Shown piece after piece: positions 29,271 through 42,058 of a stretch of 64,000 nucleotides of DNA. A model generated the notes under the pieces. The model did no database searches and had not been told where the DNA came from. It saw nothing but the letters and a program-made list of their open reading frames with translations. Both the position numbers and the translations under genes were made by a program. The stretch covers positions 26,569,978-26,633,977 of the forward strand of contig NC_068982.1 in the NCBI RefSeq assembly GCF_001194135.2, in the 5' to 3' direction. The stretch is from Octopus bimaculoides. Its lineage: Eukaryota. Positions within the stretch are counted from its first letter, which is position 1. Each line of letters begins with the position of its first letter.

Positions 29271-30152
29271 ACGGTTGGTGGAGAGAAACTAGGTATTAAA
29301 AATTGCTAGAACTTTTAGTATCACTGAAGTCATGACGAAGAAATTTTTTAAACAGACAATACTAATAGGGATTTCATATTTTTTTATTGTCTCATTTTTC
29401 ATTTCTTATTTTCAGATGGCCGGTCGCTTGATTGTTACGGAGCGAGCTAAGATAGCAGCACGCTAGGAAGTGTGGAATACCATTGTTTTGATTCAGAAAT
29501 GGTGTTGTGCATGGAAAGGTAAGCATGCAACACTACCTCCGGTGACAATAAAAAGTTGTCATGCAAAGCTGATGACCACGGGCTCAGTGAAAGATGCAAG
29601 AAGTGGCCGTCCAGCCACATCCCGATCAGCAGAGAACGTGGCAACAGTACGGGAAATGTTTAATCGCAGTTCGCAAAAATCAACACACCAAGCAGTTCGT
29701 GAAAGTGGACTAACAAGACACACAATACATACAGTGTTGCATAAAGAACTGAATTTTCTCCAAGAAAAACGCCATTACGTGCAGGAGCTAAAACCTGAAG
29801 ACTGGGACCGCAGACGTCCAGGAGTCCAGGAGTCCAGAACTCAAAAAGGTCCAGATCTCACTCCATGTGATTTTTGCCGGTGGGATTGCACCAAGACAAA
29901 ATCTCGCACACGAGATACGGATTCAGGGGGTTTTCAATGATATTCCAGACGACGTCCTTCAGAAATTTGTTCACTCCATCCCTGGTCGTTTGAGGAAACT
30001 TGTTGACGCCGCCAGTGCTTACGTTAAGATATGAAGATTTACTTTCATTTTCCCATGTAATAAAAATATGTATCGTTTGTTTCAATAAATTTGTAAAAGG
30101 AATATGGATTTTATTACCAATTTTTAAAGCCTACTTACTTTTTACCAACCTG
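29271..30152 (+). mobile_element. internally deleted Tc1/mariner-superfamily element
   Basis: Degenerate TIRs GGTTGGT...TAGG..TTAAAAATTG.TA at both ends, with TA after 30152. ATG at 29416; N-terminal HTH region TGSVKDARSGRP...SSQKSTHQAVRESG joined to C-terminal PDLTPCDF. Confidence 0.8.
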
Positions 30153-30238
30153 TATATATGAATATATATATATNNNNNNNNNNNNNNNNNNNNNNNNNNN
30201 NNNNNNNNNATATAAGCAGTTCTAATATAATAAATATT

Positions 30239-30460
30239 CTTTTCTACACTAGGCACAAAGGGCCCGAAATTTGGGTGGGGGCAGGCAGTCGATTAGATCG
30301 AGTCCAGTACGAAACGAAACTGGTACTTAAGTTATCGACTCTGAAAGGATGAAAGGCAAAGTCGACCTCAGCGGAATTTGAACTCGGAGCATAAAGACAG
30401 ACGGAATACTGCTAAGCATTTCGCCTGGCGTGCTAACGTTTCTGCCAGCTCGCCGCCTTG
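30239..30460 (-). mobile_element. family 1 SINE, tail type B
   Basis: Complete head GGCGGCGAGCTGGCAGAAACGTTAGCACGCC and tail CCAAATTTCGGGCCCTTTGTGCCTAGTGTAGAAAAG. 13-bp TSD TATAATAAATATT at 30226-30238 and 30464-30476. Confidence 0.92.
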
Positions 30461-30540
30461 TAGTATAATAAATATTGAATATATACACTAATGTATATGT
30501 TTTGTGTATTTTCCGGGGGCTACAATGGTGTAATAGAGTA

Positions 30541-30799
30541 TATAATTCTCAAATCGTCGGTGTTCAACCACCTTAGAGTTATGGACAGGTGAGATAACTC
30601 ACCCTCAATTCCATTTGAGAATGATGGACATTGATATTTCGCCATCACAAAATGTGGCTTGTCAGCATCATGTACCCGTCTGCTGACAAGCCACGAAAAT
30701 GGCGAAGTATCGATGTACATCACTCTCAAATGGGATTGAGGGTGAATTATCGCGCCTGTTCATGACTCTAAGGTGTTTTTAACACCGGTGACATGAGAG

Positions 30800-30804
<5 letters not shown>
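30541..30804. repeat. fold-back palindrome (probable MITE)
   Basis: Arms 30541-30667 and 30681-30804 are reverse-complementary around a 13-nt loop TCATGTACCCGTC. TA-rich ends. Confidence 0.88.
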
Positions 30805-30847
<43 letters not shown>

Positions 30848-31748
30848 ATANNNNNNNNNNNNNNNNNNNNNNNNNNNNNNNNNNNNNNNNNNNNNNNNNN
30901 NNNNNNNNNNNNNNNNNNNNNNNNNNNNNNNNNNNNNNNNNNNNNNNNNNNNNNNNNNNNNNNNNNNNNNNNNNNNNNNNNNNNNNNNNNNNNNNNNNNN
31001 NNNNNNNNNNNNNNNNNNNNNNNNNNNNNNNNNNNNNNNNNNNNNNNNNNNNNNNNNNNNNNNNNNNNNNNNNNNNNNNNNNNNNNNNNNNNNNNNNNNN
31101 NNNNNNNNNNNNNNNNNNNNNNNNNNNNNNNNNNNNNNNNNNNNNNNNNNNNNNNNNNNNNNNNNNNNNNNNNNNNNNNNNNNNNNNNNNNNNNNNNNNN
31201 NNNNNNNNNNNNNNNNNNNNNNNNNNNNNNNNNNNNNNNNNNNNNNNNNNNNNNNNNNNNNNNNNNNNNNNNNNNNNNNNNNNNNNNNNNNNNNNNNNNN
31301 NNNNNNNNNNNNNNNNNNNNNNNNNNNNNNNNNNNNNNNNNNNNNNNNNNNNNNNNNNNNNNNNNNNNNNNNNNNNNNNNNNNNNNNNNNNNNNNNNNNN
31401 NNNNNNNNNNNNNNNNNNNNNNNNNNNNNNNNNNNNNNNNNNNNNNNNNNNNNNNNNNNNNNNNNNNNNNNNNNNNNNNNNNNNNNNNNNNNNNNNNNNN
31501 NNNNNNNNNNNNNNNNNNNNNNNNNNNNNNNNNNNNNNNNNNNNNNNNNNNNNNNNNNNNNNNNNNNNNNNNNNNNNNNNNNNNNNNNNNNNNNNNNNNN
31601 NNNNNNNNNNNNNNNNNNNNNNNNNNNNNNNNNNNNNNNNNNNNNNNNNNNNNNNNNNNNNNNNNNNNNNNNNNNNNNNNNNNNNNNNNNNNNNNNNNNN
31701 NNNNNNNNNNNNNNNNNNNNNNNNNNNNNNNNNNNNNNNNNNNNNNNN

Positions 31749-31780
<32 letters not shown>

Positions 31781-31994
31781 CATATACCCACATATATATA
31801 TATATGCGCGCACATACCCACATATACATACATATGTTTATACGCATATATGTGTGTGTGTGCGTGTGAATGTGTGGGACTGTGTGTGTGCGTCTTTGTG
31901 TGTGTGTGTCTGTATGTGTATGGGTGTGTGTGCGTGTGTGTAGTTTATAACAATTTGTAAGAAATAATGCAAGTGGATTGTTTGTATTTTAACC

Positions 31995-33200
31995 TATATT
32001 TCAATATTTCAGGGTTAGGGGTCCTTCTTCAAAACTTCTACTGAGACGTGGTGTTGTGAACTGACTTCTATGTTCTGTAGTGTATGTATTTGAAAGGATG
32101 CTTTGCATGTGCAGGATAGCATTACTACAGTAGCTAATCAGCTGTGTGTAACTTGGTTCTGTGGTTAATATATGGTTTAGTCTTGGCAATTATGATAGCG
32201 TCTTTTATTCTGAATTTCCCACTGTTTCGTTCTGTGTCTTCAATGGAAATCTGAAGGTCTTAGATATGGAATTTCCGTATATAAGTGTATTAGTTCGAAG
32301 ATATTCTCAAGGATAGATCATCAGTGTTTTTCCTGTGGTCTCAAGAGGTTTCGAATGTTTCAACAGCAGAGCCTCTTCCCCATATGATTCAGCCGGGGTT
32401 GATCAAGTCTCAGCTTGAATCCCAGTAAATCTGTCGTTCTGATTTTATGATTCATTCGACTCAGAACTTTACTTATCTGAATGTTCACTTTATAGTAAGA
32501 AAATTTGTGAACTGTCAAATTCAATCACTAGCATCGAACACCTGTTACATTTCTCTCCCGACAAAAGCCCTCAGTACATATATAGTTATATCATATATAT
32601 TTAAGCCACCACAGAAGATAGGTTATCTTAAGAGAACTCAAAGGGGCCGGTCTTCCTTCATTTAGGAAAGTTATCCTGCAGGGGGTCCCACACTAGTATT
32701 TATACCACGTAACTAAGGGTGGAAAAGAAGAAAAACGGTCAAATATCGTAGCCTTATTCATTTCATTGTCAAATTTACCTGAAAAGGCTCACAAGGGCTT
32801 CCCCATTCTCATCTAAGTAGGTTATCCCAGACACCAACCTTGTATTTTAAGCATTAGGCTTTCCGTAACCTCGAGGTTTACTTGAATCTCAGGCTCTCGT
32901 CGCTCTCTGTTGAAAGCAATGCAATCAGTAAAATTTCTACGTTAGCAACGTATAGGGATCAAGTGGTACGTAATTGTGACGACGTTCTCGGGGAAATTAG
33001 ACGTCGACAAGAACGAACTAGCTGGTCTGTTTCGGAGGACTTTCGGGTCGGAAACTACATAGATAACTTCAGCAATTAACTGATCTAGCAGTGTTACCGA
33101 GGAACATTGTCGATCGAGATAAATTCTATAAACATGGAATTGTTGTCAGACAAGTCTACTCAAGATGCACCCAGACATACTAAACTGTACTGCACGCACT
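31995..33200 (-). mobile_element. Penelope-like element remnant (3' part)
   Basis: Minus strand GKFRIKDAIIIAKTKPYIN matches the GIY-YIG C-terminal K.RIKEA..I...KP.LN pattern. Terminal GAAGAAGG...CCTGAAA motif is present. The RT-like part upstream is weak, so the 5' boundary is uncertain. Confidence 0.55.
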
Positions 33201-33384
33201 CCTGCAATGATCGGGTATTGCTGACAATGTTAATCAGCTGTGGAAAGTGAAGATGGAAATTGCTCTCTCTCTCTCTCTCTCTCAGTGAATTTGTAAAAGG
33301 TGGGTGACTAACACAAATGGTTAGAGTGAATGGGGCTATTCTAAGCCTACGCCTGCAGATTGGAGAACAACAGTTGGGTAAGAG

Positions 33385-33531
33385 CTCGTGCATCCGTCTC
33401 TCTACGTTCTGAGTTCAAATGCTACTGAGGTCGACTTGGCCTTCCATAAAATAAATACCATTGGAGTACAGGGGTAGATGTAATCGATTTACCTCTCCCC
33501 GATACTGCTTGCTTTGTGCCAAAATTTTAAG

Positions 33532-33535
<4 letters not shown>
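33385..33535 (+). mobile_element. degenerate family 1 SINE, tail type C
   Basis: CGTTCTGAGTTCAAAT...GGTCGACTTGGCCTTCCAT...GATGTAATCGATT...TTTGTGCCAAAATT, followed by (ATT)n. Confidence 0.75.
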
Positions 33536-33563
<28 letters not shown>

Positions 33564-33760
33564 GAGGCGCGGCAAGTTGGTAGAATCTTTAGCATGCCGG
33601 AGAAAATTTTTAGCAGATTTTTTTCCGTCTTTATGTTTTGTGTTCACATTCCGCCGATGTCGTCTTTGCCATTTATCCCTTTCGGGTCGATAAAATAAGT
33701 ACCGAGCTTTGAGGTCAACGTAATCTACTACCGAGTTGCCCGAAATTTCTGGTCTTATCA
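33564..33760 (+). mobile_element. degenerate family 1 SINE
   Basis: GAGGCGCGGCAAGTTGGTAGAATCTTTAGCATGCCGG...TTCGGGTCGATAAAATAAGTACC. Confidence 0.75.
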
Positions 33761-34416
33761 TTTTATAGGATAAACAATTTCATTACTTATTATTTAAAAA
33801 GACGATAAAACCAATTAAAGGTTATAAATTAGTAGAAGGAATTATGCAATATTAAGAAAAACAACTGTTAATAAGCTTCGTATTTATTTCTTATGCTGTA
33901 GAAATGGGCATATGCTTTTACTCTCGGATGTTTTCTGAAGATAAAAACGAAAGGGTAATAAAATAATGACAAGAACAAAACTCTAAAACTAGTTTGTTTT
34001 TTTTTTTATAGAAAAACAGAACTCGAAAACGTAAAGAAAATATCAAGACAAACAGACAATTGTGAAAACAAACAGAAAAAGCAAAACATTTTATATGCAC
34101 GTCGGTTTCTTTATTTTTATTTACTATTTTGCCCTTTACTTTCGTTATAAAGTACTTTTTCTTTGTCTTTATTCAGTATATTTTATCTTAAGAAATGCCA
34201 TACATTTATTTCTATTTTATTTTTAAAATTTTATTTATTTATTTATAAGTGTTTACGCGTCGTTTTGTTAAAAGAAAATCTATGCATAAATCAATAGATA
34301 TAGGTCTGGTTCATACATATATATATATCCACATGCGCACATATGCACGTGCACCCAGACACTTACATATATACACACATATACATACGTGCATATACAA
34401 ATAACTACACTTATAC

Positions 34417-34454
<38 letters not shown>

Positions 34455-35231
34455 GTATGTATGTATGCATGTACTTATGTATATGTATAATCACAAGCAG
34501 CACCAAAAGTGGTAGTAACAATATCCGTTATTATTGATGATGGCGATGACGAAGACGACGACGATGGCAATCATCATCATTGTCATCATCAACATTATCA
34601 TCATTATCATCAAATATAGAAATAAAGGACGGATTAAATGAACAGTTGAAAGACAAAAAAGAAACAATGATATATAAAGCGATAATCGAAAAACCGAAAT
34701 GAAAAGAACATGCGTGTATTTTTGACGTTTAGTTAAAAGAGAAAGAAAACAAGAGAAATTAGATTGAGTGCGAAAAAGATAAATCAACAAAAGATGTTGA
34801 AAAAAAAGATTAGTTAAATGAAGAAAAAAAGCTAAGTATGGAGTAACGAAGAAGAAAATGTCTGGTTGTGATAATGTGAAAACGAAAAAAATCTTGATAG
34901 GGAAGAGAAAAAAAAAAGAGTTATTGCCTAAGTTGTTTGTTAGAATATTAGGTTTTTATTCAGCTTTGTGTGTCAAGGTCTATATTGTTGTTAAAGTTTT
35001 GTAAACATTAAGATATTTTTCATGATATGAGTAAGAGGAAGAAAAAGAAAAGATAGATATTGTTTCAAACGTCGCTGATTGTGAGAATGTCAGGCATGTC
35101 AGCGTACTTACCATAGATAAGGTTCGTTCTCTACTGCATGTTCCTGCCATGTCCCTGCCGTTCAATTTTTAAATAATTAAAATTCAAGAGTTGTCGCCCA
35201 TGCATTTTTTTTTTTTTAATATATATAGAAC

Positions 35232-36000
35232 CAGTGCTGTGTGACTAAAAAAGTTCGCCTTGCAATCACATAGGTGCGGCTTCAGCCCTATTTCTACTGT
35301 AGTCCCAGGCTGACCAATGCGTTGTGAGTGAATTTGAGANNNNNNNNNNNNNNNNNNNNNNNNNNNNNNNNNNNNNNNNNNNNNNNNNNNNNNNNNNNNN
35401 NNNNNNNNNNNNNNNNNNNNNNNNNNNNNNNNNNNNNNNNNNNNNNNNNNNNNNNNNNNNNNNNNNNNNNNNNNNNNNNNNNNNNNNNNNNNNNNNNNNN
35501 NNNNNNNNNNNNNNNNNNNNNNNNNNNNNNNNNNNNNNNNNNNNNNNNNNNNNNNNNNNNNNNNNNNNNNNNNNNNNNNNNNNNNNNNNNNNNNNNNNNN
35601 NNNNNNNNNNNNNNNNNNNNNNNNNNNNNNNNNNNNNNNNNNNNNNNNNNNNNNNNNNNNNNNNCTATTCTGAGCATATTCCTTTGTGTGTGTGTGTGTG
35701 TCTGTGTGTGTGCGTGTACGTGTGCGTGTACGTGTGCGTGTACGTGTGCGTGTACGTGTGCGTGTACGTGTGTGCACATCTGTGCGTCTGTGTGTGTGTG
35801 TGTGTGTGTGACTTTTTCACCCTACCCCCGCTTCAAAACCGATGATTCTTTTTAATCCCTATAACTTAGGGGCTCGGAAAAAAGGACCGATAAAATAAGT
35901 ACGAGCCTTAAAATGGGGGTGATTTGTTCGAATAAAAATCCTCCAAGGCGATGCCCCAGCATGTCCGCAGTCCAATGACGGATTCAATTAGAAAGAAAGA
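35232..36000 (+). mobile_element. degenerate family 2 composite SINE spanning a gap
   Basis: Head GCTGTGTGACTAAAAAAGTTCGCCTTGCAATCACAT...TTCTACTGTAGTCCCAGGCTGACCAATGCGTTGTGAGTG. Then a gap, (TG)n with a 10-bp TGCGTGTACG minisatellite, and tail ATAACTTAGGGGCTCGG...CCGATAAAATAAGTAC...GCATGTCCGCAGTC. Confidence 0.7.
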
Positions 36001-39000
36001 AAAAAGATAGGTAGAATCAAGTAACTTTTCTTTTTTACTTCTTTTCCATATCACAACGCTACTAATTTTAATTGATTAAAGTTTTTAATTCAATGCCACA
36101 TGTATTCAAAGCAACAAATTGGTAGTACCATTAGAACATCCAGCAGAATGGTAAATTAACTACAAGTGTATGGTAATGGATTTAGCGCAAGACGAGATAC
36201 CATTCTCTGTCTGGTCTGGCTCTCTGCTTTCTAACGAAACATTTGTGACGTTATTAGTACCAGGTTTTTTATGCGTTGACATTCACTGAAGCATCATTGG
36301 TGGCTTGGAGTGGGAGACATGCATGTATGGGCAACTGCTAGAGTTCCATAGAAAATATCTTATCCAAGCCTGCATCTTGGAGAGAAATTTACCATTGAAT
36401 ATATCCATACGTTCCATAACTGACAACTATTGGCATGAACATATGTGACATTAAGCGATGAACTTCAGTCGAATTGTGATATAGTCTCGATTCATAGTTG
36501 AAATAATTTCACTTTATATACGCAACTAATGTCAATCAGAAATTGCAATCATTACACAAACCTCTTCTAAATAACAAATTCTCAGTGTCTTATCGAGAAA
36601 AAGATATTTAGTACCTTATTTAAATTAGTTATTTTTAAATGAACAATGCTTTGTGACTGGAGGTTGGTTGAAGTCTGTCGTACACATAACATATAGTATA
36701 ACATAATGCGTGTGTGTGTTTGTGCGTACGTGCGCGTGTGTGTGCATGTGTGTTTGTGTGCGTATGTATGTGTGAGTGCGTCGGTGCGTGCGTGCGTGCG
36801 TGTGTGTGATGTACATGTATGTGGGAATGTTCGTTTGTGTACATCAATGTAAAATTGTTGATCGAGTTTCCTTAGCGTCAAAAGAAATTTAGGCATTCGG
36901 TAATACAAACCTGACTGAAATAAATATTGTGGCCGAAATGAGCGACTAAAAACCTTTGGAGACAGTGTACCAGTATGACTGCAAATCCAACTTCTAAAAC
37001 CAGTAAAATAATAAAAGAACCCATTTTCCTCAGTCTCAATAGTGAGGCGTTTGTAGGAAGCATATGTGAAACAAATGCATTAGATTATCAATCCAACTAA
37101 TCAGAGATTTACGTTTTACACTCTGAAATCCTTAATATCACATAAACAAGAAATCTTTAAAAAACTTTCTTTATCTTTTTTTTTAAGATTAAGAATTAAG
37201 TATGAATCTGTGTTTTATTTAGCATGATATTTAAATACATTTGGTTAAAGAAGGAATATCTGTTAGATTTGCTTCTTATGCTGGAGAAAAATGAGGGGGG
37301 AAGGGAAAAGTAAATGTTATTCACACAATCCTTTCCAACGTGGAGATACTTCCTTTTATACGAAACATTTGCAATACTTAAAAGATTAACAGTAATTTAC
37401 ATTAAAGTTTATGAATCAGTCCATTGAGTCCCTTGTTTGGAAGTACGTGTTTCATAATCTATATGTGTACTTAGAAAGGACAGCTATTACTTATCTCACC
37501 ATTCTGAAAATAGTAAACGATTACCATGTAAAGATAGTGTTATATATTATGCATTGCCAAACTCTTGTTACTATAATCAGTTTGGCATTAAGAGAATACA
37601 AAGATAAACAAAAGACATCACATTTTGGATCACTTCGTATAGAATAATATTCACATTATTAACCCCTGAGAGAGGAATAGATGTACTTTAACATGATACA
37701 GATTAACAAGTTGCAAATTTGAGTAGTGCTTAAAAGAGATTTTGATGTGTAATGTTTTTCTTTTATAAATTAGTCACAGGAGGAATGATAGTAACCGTAT
37801 CCTTTGTAGATCCTCCTTAATTAGTAAGTTTGGTGTAGCCGACACCCAGTCTGAACATGTTCTAGTTAATGTCTACAGAAAACAAGCTGCATGGCGAGGA
37901 AATTGTAAGTCTGGATGCAATGATTTCCGCTCCGCTACAGACGATCAAGGATCAGGTTCTGATCTTAAAGGGTCTGGCTTAGTAGTCTGTCCACGTATTG
38001 CTTTATTAACTTGTTAATGCTAAATATATCGATTATATTCGACGTTCTGTCATAGGAGTTATAACTTGGAATATACTGTCTTTGAAAAAGGAGTAATGAC
38101 CTGTACGAAGAAGAGACTGTTCTATTAGGATGTCGTGAAACTTACTTGGAAATAACTTGCTGAATATAAGTCACCTTACAGACCAAGAACTTTCAACACT
38201 TGATTGACTGAAGTTCCTTGACTTATGGATCATACGTATTTTTTTATTATAATACTGTCTGAAACCAATACGTATCGCCAAGAGTTGTAAGTGAATCAGC
38301 GATCAGATACATAAAGCGACAGTTCAGATTAGCAGCAATAACGCAGGGTCATAATCACACAAACGTCTTGTTTCTTCTAAAGTCAAATGTAGTAAAGATA
38401 AGTTTCATTCCTCAAAGACATAGAGTAACTAAATCGTTGAAGAATGAAACTACATCTTTACTACAGTTGATCTTAGTAGATACAAGGTGCTTACAATTGG
38501 TTATAGTATTTTGGGGGTGTCTATGCAATGATATTTATGATTCTAATATTTCAGAATTTGAATCCTGCCAAATAAAAACTTGTTTAACTAGATAGGTTTT
38601 TTTCTTTTTTCTTTTTTTACAGTTAGGACTTTCATAATGAGATGATGAGGGATGAATATAAAGGAGGTAATTTTTTTTATTACTCAGTACATTCCAAACA
38701 CAGCTGATAGATATATATATATATATATATTTATAGATTATTTACGTGTTCAGTGTATTTGTATCAGGGAGAGAACATTGGGTGAAACAGTTTTTGTTCC
38801 GTAATGGAAAGATTTATGGTATGGCCAGAGAAGTAATAACATTTATCGTTCAAAGTAGAAGTTCAGTCGTTTGATTTTCTATTAACTCTTTCCACCTCTC
38901 ATTCATCCAACGTCTACAGACATTAACTAGATGTTCAACCCGTATATCAGCCACACTAGTTTCACCAGTTAAGGAGATTCTACATAGGACATGGTCACTA

Positions 39001-41979
39001 TCACTCCTCATCTGACTAACTTCTAGATGAGAATATTCTAAATTTATATTAGTTTCATGCACCAATCAAATTGGCAACTTATTAAGTTGTATCATATTCA
39101 GCTATCTAGTCCTCTCACGCTAGTGTTGATAAAGTAAATATAATCCAATTCTAAGGGACCCGACAGTTGATGCCGTTATATATGTAGGTGTCAGATGTAT
39201 TTGTGTGTCTGTGTATTACTGACAAAAAGCTTCGCAAATATTTCTTTTTCAGCATAGAAGGTATATTAAATTCCTTTCGTATAATAACAATATGAGTATT
39301 AGAAAATATTGTAAATCATAATTATATTCTGTTATCGCATTTCTACTTTTTTTTTACATTGAAACAAGTTTTTAAGAAAAAGGTGAAAATAAAATTCAAA
39401 TAAAATTTTATATAATGCAGAGAATTTTGATTAAGCAGTACCATACGTAAGTTTTCAAAACGTTTTTATTTAAACATCATATTCTGCGTTTAGGGAGAAA
39501 CACGTGTCCCAAATAATCATAATTCATACAACCTATTCAAGTTTTTCATAGTATCACAGTTAGCTTTAGTGTATATTTTGTCATATTTCTTCCTCGATAT
39601 AGTAACATGTATTTGAGTAACTAATAAAGATTGCATTATCATCTAATTAATACCATAAAGAGTTGTAATTTATAACTTAATTCTTCAGATTCATTGTAAA
39701 GCCTGTCTTGAGCATGCGAGCTAAGAAAATTTATAGTTTGCTTTTAGCAGTAAAATACACATGTTCATAATTTATTAAATGGGAGATAGACTGGGCTATT
39801 TACTGAGGACTTTAGAAAATATTCTAGTATATTGACCAGTACTCTTGGAATACGGCCATAAACGACGGCTTATCTATCATAATCTCATAAACTTTATTTC
39901 ATGACGTAGTGTTGGAATCATATTCAATACTTATGGAACAGTAAGAATATAGCAATAGTAATGTTAAAAGCACCTAAAACTTTATAACTCTTGCACATCG
40001 CAAAGGGTAATATCAGTGTTTGTAAGTACACAGAAGGACGACGAAAAAATTCATAAGAAAATAAACAGGGGGAAAAAAATGCAAACACGCTCTTCCTCTT
40101 ATGTCGACCAAATGCCATCACAATTTCGACAGCTTCCTACAATATTGTTCAAGTTGGTGATGTCAGTAACATCACATTCTGGGCGTGATGAGACGAGAGG
40201 ACATGAGAGACGAGAAACGACAGAAAAAATAATTGAGATAGTGACAAGCAAATTAAGTTTTATAGACTGAATACATAAGAATAGATTAAAGTAAGGGAAA
40301 ATGCAAAACAAAACAATGTATATATAATAAATTTCTTCTGAGATGGCAATAAAATTAAGACGAGTTACATTAACAATGTTGTGCAAGAATAATGAGGATA
40401 AACGACACGAGAGGAAAAAATGGGAAAAAAATTGAAGAGAAGTCATTTAGTAATGAAAGATTCTTTGGATATATCTAGTTACAAATATAGAAATAGATTC
40501 ACTAGGTAAAACATAAACTTTTAAGGTTGTAACAAATAAGTTAGAATAAAGTATTTATATAAATTAGTGATACTTCATGCGCTAATATTTTAAATATTTA
40601 ACCATAAAAATGAGGTGTTTATATATAGTAATCATTGAATAACTTTCAATAGTCACGTAACAAACCATAGACGCATAATGTTTAAACGATAGACAAATAA
40701 TGATTAAAGATATGCAAATCATGTTAATGCTAGTTTTACGTAGAAGGTTCTAACATGGTGGTTAAGATATTCATAAGGTCATTCGTTCAATTCCTAGACA
40801 CGCTGTGTTCTTCAGGAAGACACGTCATTTCCCGACAACCCAGTCTATTCAACTATAATAAGAATCTACCGAGAGCCGCTGCCGCCTTCTCTCTCCTCCA
40901 GGTGTCACATTCTGTATGTATGTACCTTTTGATCGAGGGTGAGAAGTTGAGAGGGTGTCTATATCCGCTGGCGACTACATAGGCACCTAAAGCAATTAGT
41001 AAAAGCATGGTGCATGTTACCAAACCATATTCGCTTGTGACTGATGGTTGGTTGTACACTGCGTTAGTTCTGTTATTCCAAGCATAAGACGAAACAATGC
41101 AATTTTTGCATTAGACTAATTTTTTAATTATTGAATTGTAAATAGCATATTTATAAAAAGACAGTTATAAGAACAAAGTGTAATTAGTTACGAGGTACCA
41201 TTAAAAGAAAATAGATGAGAGTTGTGTGTTTAGCATACGAGAAAGAAGTAGCTTTTAAGTTTTTGTCACGGTCAATTTGAACTTTCTATGGAAATATGTC
41301 TTTGCTTTGTGCAAGAGCCGATAAAAGATTATCCTATAAGGATATTTGTTTGCTTTCACACCGATCTAGTCATCAGCTCCAAGTAAATACAAATCGATGG
41401 TACAAAATCCCTAGTGAGAGGCAATATCCTCTTATTGGCATCCCGTTAAATTCTTAGACAGGTCATTTAGTTCTCAAAAATCACCCCCCCCCACCTAGCT
41501 TCATTTAGATGATACAGCTGGGGTTTACACTTCATTCAAAGCTATTTTTGCATCGAAGCAGTTACTTTGACTGACAATGCTGATTTTAATTCAACGAAGT
41601 CGAAATTGTTACCTGCTCCAAATTGCTCCTCTCCCTGGTGTAAATAAAAGGGCCTGCCAAAGGCTAGTCATTCTGATTGAAATAAACAATTTCGAAAGTT
41701 TCATTTTTGTATCTGGTTTGCAAGATTCTTTATGTGAATTCGTGTGTTGAATAATATTGGTATAATGACACTCTCGAGATGCATCGAAAATTCAAAGCTG
41801 ATCACCAGAAAAGTAACGAAGAAATTTTTACCATTATTTTCTTTTCTTTTCTTTTTTGTTGTCCTGTGCTAGTAAAATAGAATGAGCCAAACTTGAAACG
41901 GATAGCAACTTTTAGGTATATTTATTGTATGGAGGAATACCATTATTTAACAGATAAAAGTTATACGATTGTAATGCAA

Positions 41980-41984
<5 letters not shown>

Positions 41985-42015
<31 letters not shown>

Positions 42016-42058
42016 TGTATGTATGTATGTGTATGTATGTATGTATGCATGTATGTAT
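41985..42058 (+). repeat. (TATG)n
   Basis: Direct reading. Confidence 0.97.

Noticed and set aside
38850-39065. LCR...EHLVNVC motif resembling a LINE CCHC finger
   Set aside because: The second Cys is missing, the spacing is wrong and there are no adjoining endonuclease motifs.
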